Notes under the pieces: model-generated
Database searches by the model: none
What the model was told of the DNA's origin: nothing
The model's input: the letters and a program-made list of their open reading frames with translations, nothing else
Made by a program: the position numbers and the translations under genes
Source: an uncultured virus (IMG/VR IMGVR_UViG_3300006213_000002)
Lineage: Duplodnaviria > Heunggongvirae > Uroviricota > Caudoviricetes
Direction: 5' to 3' (one strand)
Virus record (IMG/VR): IMGVR_UViG_3300006213_000002
Coordinates: 1-64,000 of that record
DNA: 64,000 bases
In this document: one piece after another, positions 48,959-59,735 of the stretch
Layout of the letters: each line of letters opens with the position of its first letter
Numbering within the stretch: position 1 is the first letter of the stretch

Positions 48959-50278
48959 ATGATTGAAAAAAGTGAGCATCCATTATCAGATGCAAAAATA
49001 TATTTAACTAAATATCGTGTAGAACAATTAGTTTTTATGTTAGGGGAAACTAACCTTTCTATGGATCATACAAATATTATATCTGTAGAATATTGTGCCG
49101 ATTATGATTTCAATATACGAGCAATATTAAAAATATCCTTACGTATAGATGGTCGACAAAAATTATGGTTATTACGTAATAAACGAAATATAACCTGTAA
49201 ATTCCAATTTGTTAAATTTGGTATGGATGCTGAAGTTAATGAATCAGTAACGACATCAGAATATGTATGGAATCAAGATTTTAAAATCTATTTTTCTGAT
49301 GCCGATGAAGCTATTGATACTAATTCAATGGAACAGCGATTAGATATTAATGAAGGATCATCTTATGCTTCTACCGATATAAACAATGAAAACTATTATG
49401 AATCACAAAATTTATTAGATGTATTTTTATTTGATCAAGAATTATTAAATGCATCTAATATGATATTTAATGAAATATTTACAAGTAATCTTCTTCAAAC
49501 ATGTGTAGGAAGATTATTGACTGCTACGAATCATAATAAAGTTTTAATGAGTCCATTTGAAAATGATGAGATATATAATGAATTGTTAGTACCTGCATTT
49601 CCAGCATGGAAATCATTGATTTATTTAGACCAATATTATGGATTCTATAAAACTGGTGCATTAATATTCTATGATGTTGATATGCTTTACATAATAAATA
49701 GTAATGGTCAATTAACAGCTAAACGAGAAGGTGAATGGCCAGAAACTTCTATATATGTAACTACTCTTGATTATAGCATTCCTGGAAATGGAATGTTTAG
49801 AAAAGAGCAACCAATCAACTATGTTTCTGTTAGTGAAATGGATTGTAACCCACATAACTTTTCAGAATCAAAAAATGAAGAATTAGGTAGTGAAGCAAAG
49901 ATAGTTGTAGCTGACGATATTAATGTAAATATTGCAGCTGCAAATCAATCTGTTATAGATCAACGTAATGAGAGTATTATGTATTCTAAAAAAGATGATA
50001 ATAAATATCTTCCATATATTGTAATTGCACGTATGGAAGAAAATAAAGGTCAAATGTATATAACTTCACATAATGTTGATATAACTGCATTCACACCTAA
50101 TAAAATTTATAATATGATATATGATGATACTATTAAACAAGAAAATTATGGTAACGATAAAACATATCGTTTATCATATGCATATCATTTATTTCAGATT
50201 GAATCTGGTGAATTTATGTCATCTACTCATAGAATAGTATTAAAACAACGAGTATCAGAAGAATCATTAGAAGATTAA
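48959..50278 (+). CDS. Probable baseplate-hub-like virion protein (start MIEKSEH at 48959)
   Basis: AAGGAG RBS before 48959; IYLDQYYGFY and FTPNK..YRL patterns. Confidence 0.5.
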   Translation: MIEKSEHPLSDAKIYLTKYRVEQLVFMLGETNLSMDHTNIISVEYCADYDFNIRAILKISLRIDGRQKLWLLRNKRNITCKFQFVKFGMDAEVNESVTTSEYVWNQDFKIYFSDADEAIDTNSMEQRLDINEGSSYASTDINNENYYESQNLLDVFLFDQELLNASNMIFNEIFTSNLLQTCVGRLLTATNHNKVLMSPFENDEIYNELLVPAFPAWKSLIYLDQYYGFYKTGALIFYDVDMLYIINSNGQLTAKREGEWPETSIYVTTLDYSIPGNGMFRKEQPINYVSVSEMDCNPHNFSESKNEELGSEAKIVVADDINVNIAAANQSVIDQRNESIMYSKKDDNKYLPYIVIARMEENKGQMYITSHNVDITAFTPNKIYNMIYDDTIKQENYGNDKTYRLSYAYHLFQIESGEFMSSTHRIVLKQRVSEESLED

Positions 50279-51465
50279 GTTATAATAGTTAACATTCTTT
50301 TTGCTCGTGTTATAGCAGTATATATTAATCGTTTTTGTAATTCATCATCATATTCTTCATTAGGATCAGTTATCAATGTAACTTTATCCCAATGAGATAC
50401 ACGTGTTAATGGTACAGGTAATGCATAGGCATACTTGAATAATATGGTCTCATCTGGTATTATTTGTCTACTGTTAAATTCTATATTATTTAAGTAATGT
50501 CTATCCATTACTAAATCATCAAATGATTCATCATAGAATTGTGGTTTAAAATCAATTGGTACATATTTTGTATTTAACACATGATGATTACATTTTGTCA
50601 ATGTACCAACTGTTCCTTTAGTTAAAAATACTTTAACTTTTTTTTCAGTTTTATTGACTAATTTATGTTTATATAAATTATTCATTACTATTAATCTTTC
50701 TCCAACCACATTAATTATATTTTGCCTTTTTAATATCCTTTCTCTATATAATCTATTTACTTGATCACTTAAAACATCTGATAAAGTTATAATCATTTCT
50801 GATGATCTTAAATTATATAAATTCATTTGTTTCCTTGGTACTATTGATACATTATCATATGTACCTATTTTCCATTTTTCATTATTCAATACTTTATGTG
50901 CAAAATATACTAATGGATTTCGTGATAAATCTGGATGTGCTTCTCTTAGTATAATATTTGCATCTCTTAAAAATGTATATGTATCAGGTACTGGTAATAA
51001 CATTGGATCTCTAATCAATATTATAGGTAGACCAAATGATGCTAAATCTGTTACAGTTTCTACATTTAATAACATTGAATCAAAAACTATAATCAATTTG
51101 TATCTTGGATCTATTTTCTTTCGTACTGATTTTTTCCATTCATATTCTATTGCTTTACTATATGAATTTATAACTGGTAATGTATCAAAATCTACAATCC
51201 TTGTATAATTATATATTATACTATTAATATAGTAAGCATGATATCTTTTATAAGCTAAATTTAACACTTGATGTTGATCATATGATAGATACATAATTTC
51301 TCGTTGTTGTAATTCAACATTATCAATGAAATTTTGTAATAGTTGCCATATACCTGTACCTGTTACTCCAGAAATTTCTATAATTTGATGTGTTGATTTA
51401 TAATACCACCTTTCGAGATTATGTAATCCTTGATATTGATCGTTAGTTAAAAACACATTAATCAC
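50275..51465 (-). CDS. Dda/RecD-like SF1B helicase with degenerate ATPase motifs
   Basis: LTNDQ, ISGVTGTGIW, LIIVFDSML, IRDPMLLP, YAYALPV, LIYTAITRAK. Confidence 0.8.
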   Translation of the reverse strand: MINVFLTNDQYQGLHNLERWYYKSTHQIIEISGVTGTGIWQLLQNFIDNVELQQREIMYLSYDQHQVLNLAYKRYHAYYINSIIYNYTRIVDFDTLPVINSYSKAIEYEWKKSVRKKIDPRYKLIIVFDSMLLNVETVTDLASFGLPIILIRDPMLLPVPDTYTFLRDANIILREAHPDLSRNPLVYFAHKVLNNEKWKIGTYDNVSIVPRKQMNLYNLRSSEMIITLSDVLSDQVNRLYRERILKRQNIINVVGERLIVMNNLYKHKLVNKTEKKVKVFLTKGTVGTLTKCNHHVLNTKYVPIDFKPQFYDESFDDLVMDRHYLNNIEFNSRQIIPDETILFKYAYALPVPLTRVSHWDKVTLITDPNEEYDDELQKRLIYTAITRAKRMLTIIT

Positions 51466-51510
51466 CTCACTTTTATTTATATTATGACGTTATGAAAGGA
51501 GAAATATAAA

Positions 51511-51906
51511 ATGGAAGAAATTTTATTAACAAATGATCAGAAAAACAAAATTAGAGAATTTTTCAAATCCAGTTTATTTGAAAAAGATAAAGATTTAAAT
51601 AATGAGCAGATATGGTTATCATTTAAACAGTTAATGTATAGAACATCAGAATTTACATATAATGAATTAAATGTAGTGCAAAAAATTTATAAAAATTTAA
51701 TGAATCTTAGACTTGTTAAAGATTATAAATATTTTCCTAATAATTTAAAAATTATTTTAAACTCTGAATTTGGATATAAACATTATATCAATATGAATAT
51801 ACTTGATGATCTAAAGAATCTTAAATATATGCAGTATATTTTTGATGTATTTAAGATTACTATGAGAGTAGAAAATAATCTACTATGTTTAGAGATGGTT
51901 AAATAA
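51511..51906 (+). CDS. Hypothetical protein
   Basis: 131 aa; AAGGAG RBS. Confidence 0.65.
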   Translation: MEEILLTNDQKNKIREFFKSSLFEKDKDLNNEQIWLSFKQLMYRTSEFTYNELNVVQKIYKNLMNLRLVKDYKYFPNNLKIILNSEFGYKHYINMNILDDLKNLKYMQYIFDVFKITMRVENNLLCLEMVK

Positions 51907-51968
51907 AATAAAATAAAAAAGATATTACGTACTTACTATATTATATTTTAAATTTAGGAGGAAAATAT

Positions 51969-52373
51969 ATGTTTGGTTTAAATGAACTATTAACTGGAGG
52001 AAATGATTTTCATGTATGGCAAGATACATTCACATTGTTTTTATTTTATTCATCAATTGGTATATTAATAGGAATTATATCATTAAAGATTAAGAAGATA
52101 AAAAGAAAACCAGGAATTTCACTTGTAACAAATTTTACTTTAGCAATATTCATAGTTCTTACATTGGTAGGATCTATTTCTTGTCATAGTGAAAAATCTT
52201 ATAGAAGAGATATGTTCAAAGCAAGTCAGTTATTTGATCAAGGTGAATATCTAGAAGCATATTATATTTATGATCAATATGCAGATACAGACAAATCAGA
52301 AATAAATGTTAATAAAAGAAAATGTGTAGAAGCTTTAGCAAAAGGAGGATATTATTATGATAAAAATGAATAA
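51969..52373 (+). CDS. Two-TM membrane protein with TPR-like helix pair
   Basis: Two hydrophobic helices; ASQLFDQGEYLEAY. Confidence 0.65.
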   Translation: MFGLNELLTGGNDFHVWQDTFTLFLFYSSIGILIGIISLKIKKIKRKPGISLVTNFTLAIFIVLTLVGSISCHSEKSYRRDMFKASQLFDQGEYLEAYYIYDQYADTDKSEINVNKRKCVEALAKGGYYYDKNE

Positions 52374-52851
52374 TATGGTTATAGCTGGTTTATTAATGAA
52401 CAGAAATTTCTTTGTTCAATTAAGAAATATAGGTTTATCTATTTTGGTAATAAGTATTTTTATTTGCTTTTTATATTCTATCATCTTAATTTCCATTAAA
52501 ATTAATAATAGATATAAATCAACAAACAAAGATCCAAAAAGATTAAGAAATAAAATATCTACTAAAAAAGTTATAAATAATTTCTATTTTGTAATTTTAA
52601 TTTCAGTATTATTTAGTATATTTCTGATATTATGGAAGAATGATTATGATATATCATATGAAACATATAAATCAGCTGAAGAATTATATTACGATGGACA
52701 ATATTTAGAAGCATATAAATTATTAAAGAAATGGTATGTTACTTCAGATTATGATATTTATAACGATTATAAGTTATTAGAATATCTTGTAGAACTTAGA
52801 ATAAAAGAAGTATATATGAAAGGAAAGGAAGTAATTGAAAATGATAAGTAA
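52357..52851 (+). CDS. Two-TM membrane protein, paralog of the previous gene
   Basis: Two hydrophobic helices; AEELYYDGQYLEAY. Confidence 0.65.
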   Translation: MIKMNNMVIAGLLMNRNFFVQLRNIGLSILVISIFICFLYSIILISIKINNRYKSTNKDPKRLRNKISTKKVINNFYFVILISVLFSIFLILWKNDYDISYETYKSAEELYYDGQYLEAYKLLKKWYVTSDYDIYNDYKLLEYLVELRIKEVYMKGKEVIENDK

Positions 52852-53137
52852 AGATGCTATCTATGATATGGATAAAGCACAACATGAGATTGCAGATAAG
52901 AAATTATTGCTCGATGTAAAAGTTGAGACCCAAGTTATTTTACAACTTCTTGTAGAGAAGGGAATATGTACTAGGGAGGAGGTATCTAATACACGTGAAA
53001 AAGTAAAATCACAACCACATTATGCTACATTATATCAATATCTAGATAATAGTGCAGAAAAAGCTCAATATCTAAAAGACAATCCAGAAAAACATTTAAA
53101 AGGTTTATTCAATGCGAAACTAAAAGGAGATTTGTAA
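52841..53137 (+). CDS. Hypothetical protein
   Basis: ATG at 52841; LLVEKGICTREEV motif. Confidence 0.65.
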   Translation: MISKDAIYDMDKAQHEIADKKLLLDVKVETQVILQLLVEKGICTREEVSNTREKVKSQPHYATLYQYLDNSAEKAQYLKDNPEKHLKGLFNAKLKGDL

Positions 53138-53138
53138 A

Positions 53139-53840
53139 ATGTATATCGATTATAACAAATATAATTTTAAAGGTAAAATTGTAACTATTTCATCTTCTTT
53201 AAAATTTAAATCAGAAATAAAATCAATAAAAAAATATTTAATAAAAAAAGGTGCAATAGTACATACCCCTGAATCATGGAAAGATTTATTTAATAAAGAA
53301 CCATCAAAACAAGAATTAGATCAAATAGTTAAAAATTATGATAAGATGATTTCTAAATCTGATGTTTTATTTGTAATAAATAAAAATAATTACATTGGAG
53401 ATTCAGTAGAACATGAAATTGAAGTTGCAAAAAATATAGTAAATGGACCAGATATAATTTATTATGAACCAACTATATTTGTTACATTAATTGGATCTGA
53501 AAAATTCAGTAAATTATTTTATGATGTTCAATTAACATTTATTTCTCAAAAGAATATTCATTATGTAATATTGAGACCCGAGACTTTTAAAGTTAGAGAA
53601 AAGTCTGTATTAAGTAATGAGGAATGGGAAAAATTTCATAAATTACATCAAATAAAAATGGATCTAGCTGATATAATTTATGTTATAAATCCAAATGGTT
53701 ATATTGGCCCAGATACACAAAGGGAAATTGAATATTGTAAATCATTAAAATACGATATACATTATTTTTATAAAGATGATGATCCATTTAATTTAATCTT
53801 TAAAGATTTAAAAGATAATTTAGATATGAAAGGAGTATAA
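53139..53840 (+). CDS. Tandem nucleoside 2-deoxyribosyltransferase-like (DUF4406-type) domain protein
   Basis: Two repeats: VTISSSLKF..SDVLFVINKNNYIGDSVEHEI and VTLIGSEKF..ADIIYVINPNGYIGPDTQREI. Confidence 0.7.
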   Translation: MYIDYNKYNFKGKIVTISSSLKFKSEIKSIKKYLIKKGAIVHTPESWKDLFNKEPSKQELDQIVKNYDKMISKSDVLFVINKNNYIGDSVEHEIEVAKNIVNGPDIIYYEPTIFVTLIGSEKFSKLFYDVQLTFISQKNIHYVILRPETFKVREKSVLSNEEWEKFHKLHQIKMDLADIIYVINPNGYIGPDTQREIEYCKSLKYDIHYFYKDDDPFNLIFKDLKDNLDMKGV

Positions 53841-53841
53841 T

Positions 53842-54534
53842 ATGCAAGCGTTTAAGTTTAATTTAGGAAGTAATGTTTTTATAAGAAATAGAGATAGAGA
53901 AGGTATATTTGGTATAGTAGATAAAATATATCCAGTAGATCCGGAAGATAATATTAATGAAGTAAGATATAGGGTTGCGTTTCCTACAGGGTATATTATT
54001 ACCGGTGAATCTAATCTTATATCTATTGAAGAATATGAATCAAAATTAGATGGCAATATAAGTTCTATACAAACATTCAATATATTTGATTATCTCTCTG
54101 AAGATGAAATAAAACGTATTGTGACTGAAAGATGTAAAAATGCAGTTACTGAAAAAATCGATGGTATCTTAAAGGTTAGACAAGATGCTAATATTTCTTT
54201 AGTAGATCAAATAATATCTAATGTAGCTAAAGAATATGCAGATAAATTATATCCAGATGTAAATCCAGATGTATTAGATATCATAAAAGATATTATAAAT
54301 AAAAAGTCTGAAAATGAAGATGATTATGATAATTTTAGATACCAATTGAATTATAGATTACAAAATGTTGTAAAAGAATACATAGAGAAAAATAAAGAGT
54401 ATTTATTTACTCTTATAAAAGATTCTGTAGAAAGTGCATGTAAAACATTGGCTATGGAAACATTTATAAGTAAATTAATCAATGCTATGGACTTTAAACA
54501 AATCATATTGGATATAATAAAAGAATCTGAGTAA
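53842..54534 (+). CDS. Hypothetical protein (N-terminal SH3-like barrel)
   Basis: FKFNLGSNV..GIV..YRV..ESNL. Confidence 0.65.
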   Translation: MQAFKFNLGSNVFIRNRDREGIFGIVDKIYPVDPEDNINEVRYRVAFPTGYIITGESNLISIEEYESKLDGNISSIQTFNIFDYLSEDEIKRIVTERCKNAVTEKIDGILKVRQDANISLVDQIISNVAKEYADKLYPDVNPDVLDIIKDIINKKSENEDDYDNFRYQLNYRLQNVVKEYIEKNKEYLFTLIKDSVESACKTLAMETFISKLINAMDFKQIILDIIKESE

Positions 54535-54561
54535 AATAAGGGGGATTAAATCCCCCTTATT
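54535..54561. terminator. Bidirectional terminator
   Basis: aataaggggga-ttaaa-tcccccttatt. Confidence 0.8.
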
Positions 54562-55621
54562 ATTTTTTCTTCATAGAAATATAAATTTTATCTATAGTTT
54601 TATTCATTGTATTAATATCCGCCATAATATATTTAAGTATCACTCCAATTACATTAATACCAACACTTATATTCTGAATAGTATTAGTAACTAATTTTTG
54701 TTGTCCATGTGATAAATTAGCGAATGTACCATTAGCTTGCGTTTCTGAAAATTTATTACCTAAATCTTTTTGTAAATTTTCTAATGGTTTCACAAAAATA
54801 GATAATTCTTTTGATAGATCATATAATGCTTCGATATAGGTTGATTCATGTTTTTTACCATGTAAATCAACAAATGTTATTGCTGTGTTACTACCAAAAT
54901 ATAGATCTACTACTGATTGAGATGACATTTCTATAGTAGTCTTAGTAAATCCTAGATTTTTTATTCTTTTCAATTCATCATCAATTTCATTACATAATTT
55001 CATATCTGTATTAGATGTAATTATTCTAGCAACAAAGTTATTCTCACTATTAGTTACGGTTTGTTTTCTACTACCTTTGAAAAATGTTGTCCACATATCT
55101 CCTTTAGATAATTGAGTTACTAATTCAATAAAGTTACTCATATGCAATATAAGATCTTTATTATATAAATCAGCAATATCTTCTGCCGTAATATATAAAG
55201 AAATATTTCCTTTTATTTTGTTCCTTACATTTTCTGGAATTTCATTTATTTTTATCACTCCTTTATTTATTGCTTTAGGAATTTTTTCTATCCATTTATA
55301 TACAAAACCAGTAATTTTAGTTATTAAATGTATACTATTTATTACTAGATCCCAAGTAGATTTAATTAATCCAGCTTTAGAATCAGTGATATCATCATAA
55401 ACATTAGCAACCTGTTTTGTTGTTTGCTTCGTATTGGAAATTATATTGTTTATCTTTCTTATTTTACTTTCACCTTTACCTGTAACTGCTTCAAGTATTA
55501 AGTCATTAGATGTTAATAAATATAACTCATCTAATGAATTGCAAAATTCTTTAAACTCATTACTATTAATAACTGAATTTAATATTAATGGATCTATTAC
55601 ATCTAAATTTATATTTTTCAT
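54560..55621 (-). CDS. Probable virion protein
   Basis: 353 aa; ILE-A near aa 43, then helical domains. Confidence 0.55.
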   Translation of the reverse strand: MKNINLDVIDPLILNSVINSNEFKEFCNSLDELYLLTSNDLILEAVTGKGESKIRKINNIISNTKQTTKQVANVYDDITDSKAGLIKSTWDLVINSIHLITKITGFVYKWIEKIPKAINKGVIKINEIPENVRNKIKGNISLYITAEDIADLYNKDLILHMSNFIELVTQLSKGDMWTTFFKGSRKQTVTNSENNFVARIITSNTDMKLCNEIDDELKRIKNLGFTKTTIEMSSQSVVDLYFGSNTAITFVDLHGKKHESTYIEALYDLSKELSIFVKPLENLQKDLGNKFSETQANGTFANLSHGQQKLVTNTIQNISVGINVIGVILKYIMADINTMNKTIDKIYISMKKK

Positions 55622-55709
55622 TATTTATATCCACCTTCCATATTAATATATTTTTTATCATCGAGTTCATGAATATATATTCTCTATATAGAGAAAGGAG
55701 AATAAAAAT

Positions 55710-55880
55710 ATGAAAGCAATTGAAAGATATGAACAATTTAAAGATAATTCATTCGACCAAGTTTTACTTTATATCAAAACAGGTAAAATCAAATGTGGTC
55801 GTTATGCGAATTTATTTAAGATTCAAAAAAATAAAATAATAAAAGAAAAGGAGTTATTTAAAAATGGAAAAAATGATTGA
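55710..55880 (+). CDS. 56-aa hypothetical protein
   Basis: AAGGAG RBS; MKAIERYEQFKDNSF... Confidence 0.45.
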   Translation: MKAIERYEQFKDNSFDQVLLYIKTGKIKCGRYANLFKIQKNKIIKEKELFKNGKND

Positions 55881-56025
55881 TAACATTATGGAAACTGTGG
55901 GAAGAACAATTAAAGCAAATAAAGATAATGATTTACTTTTTAGAAAAGATCTACCTAATCAAAATAAAAATTATACAGAATCTGAAAATGATACTACAAG
56001 AAAAATTGAATATTTTACTGATTAG
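55864..56025 (+). CDS. 53-aa hypothetical protein
   Basis: AAGGAG RBS; MEKMIDNIMETVGR... Confidence 0.45.
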   Translation: MEKMIDNIMETVGRTIKANKDNDLLFRKDLPNQNKNYTESENDTTRKIEYFTD

Positions 56026-56039
56026 AGGGGGGCTCTTAA

Positions 56040-56654
56040 ATGATGATAAATGAAATGAAAACAAAACTAATTGATCAAATGAAAAGTACTATATCTAAAC
56101 TTGTAATTATTACTAGACATACATTAGCTAAAAAGTTTGATGTTGAAAACGAAGAATCTGAATTTTATAAATATACAGGATTATGTATTGAATCTTGTTT
56201 AATTATGGATGAGAAATTAAGAGATATGCATAAAAAGGCATTTAAAATTCAGAAAGAAAACTATATTGAATTTTCAATAAAAGAAATACATGGTGAATTA
56301 AATCACATATCAAAAATAAAATCTGAATATTGGCCTCTTCAACATTCATTAATTCAGTTAGATGTAATAGATAAAAGAGATGGATCTAAATTATTTTCTA
56401 TATGGATAGATCCTACATCAGAACAATTTCAACAATATTCAAATTATATACCTGCAATGTATATCGATACAAAGAAACCATGGTATTTCTTACCAGATCG
56501 TAAAAATCCTGCATTTAATGGAATTAGTAAAAAATTGAATGAGAAAATTAAAATAACATATAAAGTAGACGATAGAAAAGTATCTGAAGGAATTGTCGAA
56601 TTTTATCAATATGGAATTATTGGACCAATAAAAGATTTACTTCATAGATATTAA
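56040..56654 (+). CDS. Transglutaminase/papain-like protein
   Basis: TGLCIESC, QHSLI and WIDPTSEQF give a Cys-His-Asp triad pattern. Confidence 0.5.
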   Translation: MMINEMKTKLIDQMKSTISKLVIITRHTLAKKFDVENEESEFYKYTGLCIESCLIMDEKLRDMHKKAFKIQKENYIEFSIKEIHGELNHISKIKSEYWPLQHSLIQLDVIDKRDGSKLFSIWIDPTSEQFQQYSNYIPAMYIDTKKPWYFLPDRKNPAFNGISKKLNEKIKITYKVDDRKVSEGIVEFYQYGIIGPIKDLLHRY

Positions 56655-56675
56655 TTAAAAAAAGAAATAGGGACA

Positions 56676-59600
56676 CTAGTCCCTATTTCTAAAATCTTTC
56701 CAACCATCTAAATCAACTTCATTATTATTTATTTTTGTCTCTTTCTTTCTAGCCATCATAAGAATATTATCTTCTTCTGACCATCTACCTGTATTAGGTT
56801 CACCGTTAAACCATACTGATGAATATTCATTAGGATCTATATCATGTTGATTCTTAAAGAATTTAACTTCATCTACCATATGTAATGAACCCATTCTTTC
56901 TTCTCTAACATGTGCATCGAATCCTTCTGTTGTCATAGTTAGCATTTCAGACCTATCTTTTATAATAATACTATGTTTCATTCGATGTTCAGTATCATAT
57001 AAGCCAAACTGCGATTCATATCCTCTATTAGCTAATGTAATAAAGTTAATAACAAAATTGACATCATCAAATAGCTTAAACATATTTGAATTTCCACCAG
57101 AATCAATTTTATCATCAAATATAAATCTTAATCCAGTTTTAGCAATATCAACAAATGAAGATTTAAAATGTTCTATTAATGATATTAATGGTCTAAAGAA
57201 TGATTCTTGTCCTAATATAGATTGTTCAAAATATTTCATATGCAGATCTAATTCAGTTTCTATGGATAATATTAATTTCATTATATCTTCCATCCATGCA
57301 GATTTATTAAGATTAAATCTATCATCTTTATATAATAAATCATATAAAGTACGATTTTTTCTATATAAATATTCCTGATATGTTGTAGGAGCTTTAGCAA
57401 ATCCACTAACATCCATTAATATCTTTTCTTTTAATATTTGCTTATAAATAGATGATCTTATATTAGATGGTAATCTTTCACCTTTAGTATATGACAATCC
57501 ATTACTATTGAGAATTGGTGTGTTAACTTGAAAGAATGCATTAAACAATCCTTCATCTGGGAGTTTATCTATTAATTCAATAGCTTTATTTACTGCATCT
57601 TCATTCACTTCCCATCCAATTTCATCATCACTATAATCCATGAATATTCTCATATGATCATCAGGTTGATCTTGGAATGATTCAAGTTCTCTTATATCCT
57701 CACAATTTAATATATCATGAAAATATAAGTATCCTCTATCATCTTCACCATATGGAGTATCTAATGTTATATGAATAAAATAAGGAATCTCATTACCTTC
57801 TGATACAAATGGTGAATGGTAACGTGATATGCCAAATGATTCAACTGTTACTACTTCGCCTGTAATTGTTCTTGGATAAAAGTGTTTATATGCCTTTATT
57901 TCATCTGATGTTATGTTATATTTTTTACATATGGTGATTAAAGGTAATTCATAATCATCCAAAAAGGTATTATGATTAATATCATATGTATATAATGCTC
58001 TATATATACTTTCATATTCTACATATTCATGTCTATTAGTTGCATTAACAATTTTACTTTCTAACCATTCTCTCATTGGATATAATACTTCATTAAATAA
58101 TCTATTTATATCTGTTTTATCGGTAATAGTAAGATTATTTAAATACTTTATTATCCTATCTCTATCAACATATTTAGTTGTATCTAGAAATTCATTAAAT
58201 GAATCAAAATTAAGTTCAAAATTAAATCCTGCTGTTGATAATAATTTTGTTTCATTTGTAATTATTTCTCCAGGTAAATCATTGATCATACACATAGCTG
58301 ATATAATAGTAACCATAATATCATATATAGATATCATTTTTGTACCAAATAACTCTGGTATCTCAATATAGAATGTATCTGTAGATGATTTATTATCCAA
58401 TATCATACGTGAGAAATATATAGATTCAAACATATATTCCATTTGATGTATAACTGCTTCTATTGTTATATATTTAGAATCGCTTATTGAGTAATTAGAT
58501 TCCTCTAATATTTTTTGTACATCGGGAGTATCCCACCAGGTAGGATCATTACTAACAATAGACTCATAACTATATATAGGAGCTTTTCCATTTGATATCG
58601 TATCATAAATATTTTTATCTTGTAAATCAATTTGTAAAAAGTATGGTTTTACTTTATCTTTTACTTTATAATTATCATCTTTATCAAATTGCTGACCTTT
58701 CATCAATAATAGTTTACTGATAATAATATCTTGATAACCTAATATCTCTATTAGATCATAATAAATATCATCTGTACCACGTTCACGTATTAATTTTAAC
58801 ATATTAATACATAAATTCCTTCTAATTTCATTTGTTAATAGAAGTTTATTGTCGATACCATATGTTGATAACATTATATGAAGTATAGCATCATCTAAAA
58901 ATTGTTTACTTGTAATTGATTCTAATGCTTTATTTGGTATCTGCATTAAAGTAAACATCATTATTAGTGATCCCATAAAATTTCTATAACCTTCAAATAC
59001 ATCTTCAAGCTGTTTATTATAAAGAGTAGTCATTACATATTCTCTATAGCTTGCATATAATTTACTAAATGTATCTATAAGATTAGGATTAATATCAGAT
59101 CTGTTCAATAAATATCTTATAATTTCAAAATCCTTGGCATTTCGTGCAACAAAGATATCTATTTTATACATACCTAAATATTTTAGATATTTTTTATCAG
59201 GATTATTCTTTAATACTTCTTTGTATTCATCCGTACTCATATAATTATTTTGTATCAATGGAGATAGTAGATGTACAGGATCATTAGAAGCATGTAATTG
59301 ATTTCTGATAGGTTCACTAAGATATATAAAATCTTCCTTCTTAGTATCAATTGGAGGTAATCCATTTAGCATTCTATAATATTCATTCTGCTCTTCATAT
59401 TGTGACATGAACTTTTTACGTCCAATTTGAAGAAGATGATCTCTATAAATCATAGGAACTGTAAATGGATTACTTTTATATTGATTATATTGATCATAAG
59501 ATAAATTTGTAACTATAGATTGAAACATTCCAAAATCCCAATATTCACTATATGTAGAATACTGATCTTTTTGATATTTTGCATTCATCCACATAGCTGC

Positions 59601-59735
59601 TAATCTTTTAATTTCTGGAGTTTCAAATTTATTTGCTTCGGCTTCATCTTTTAATACAATATAATCTAATATCTTTTTTATATCATTAAAGATATTTTGA
59701 AGTGGATCTATTCTATTAGAATCATTAGATGCCAT
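56676..59735 (-). CDS. Large virion structural protein (baseplate wedge-like), 1019 aa
   Basis: YEEQNEYYRMLNGLPP, LIRERGTDD (KGT-like wedge motif), DPTWW. Confidence 0.6.
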   Translation of the reverse strand: MASNDSNRIDPLQNIFNDIKKILDYIVLKDEAEANKFETPEIKRLAAMWMNAKYQKDQYSTYSEYWDFGMFQSIVTNLSYDQYNQYKSNPFTVPMIYRDHLLQIGRKKFMSQYEEQNEYYRMLNGLPPIDTKKEDFIYLSEPIRNQLHASNDPVHLLSPLIQNNYMSTDEYKEVLKNNPDKKYLKYLGMYKIDIFVARNAKDFEIIRYLLNRSDINPNLIDTFSKLYASYREYVMTTLYNKQLEDVFEGYRNFMGSLIMMFTLMQIPNKALESITSKQFLDDAILHIMLSTYGIDNKLLLTNEIRRNLCINMLKLIRERGTDDIYYDLIEILGYQDIIISKLLLMKGQQFDKDDNYKVKDKVKPYFLQIDLQDKNIYDTISNGKAPIYSYESIVSNDPTWWDTPDVQKILEESNYSISDSKYITIEAVIHQMEYMFESIYFSRMILDNKSSTDTFYIEIPELFGTKMISIYDIMVTIISAMCMINDLPGEIITNETKLLSTAGFNFELNFDSFNEFLDTTKYVDRDRIIKYLNNLTITDKTDINRLFNEVLYPMREWLESKIVNATNRHEYVEYESIYRALYTYDINHNTFLDDYELPLITICKKYNITSDEIKAYKHFYPRTITGEVVTVESFGISRYHSPFVSEGNEIPYFIHITLDTPYGEDDRGYLYFHDILNCEDIRELESFQDQPDDHMRIFMDYSDDEIGWEVNEDAVNKAIELIDKLPDEGLFNAFFQVNTPILNSNGLSYTKGERLPSNIRSSIYKQILKEKILMDVSGFAKAPTTYQEYLYRKNRTLYDLLYKDDRFNLNKSAWMEDIMKLILSIETELDLHMKYFEQSILGQESFFRPLISLIEHFKSSFVDIAKTGLRFIFDDKIDSGGNSNMFKLFDDVNFVINFITLANRGYESQFGLYDTEHRMKHSIIIKDRSEMLTMTTEGFDAHVREERMGSLHMVDEVKFFKNQHDIDPNEYSSVWFNGEPNTGRWSEEDNILMMARKKETKINNNEVDLDGWKDFRNRD

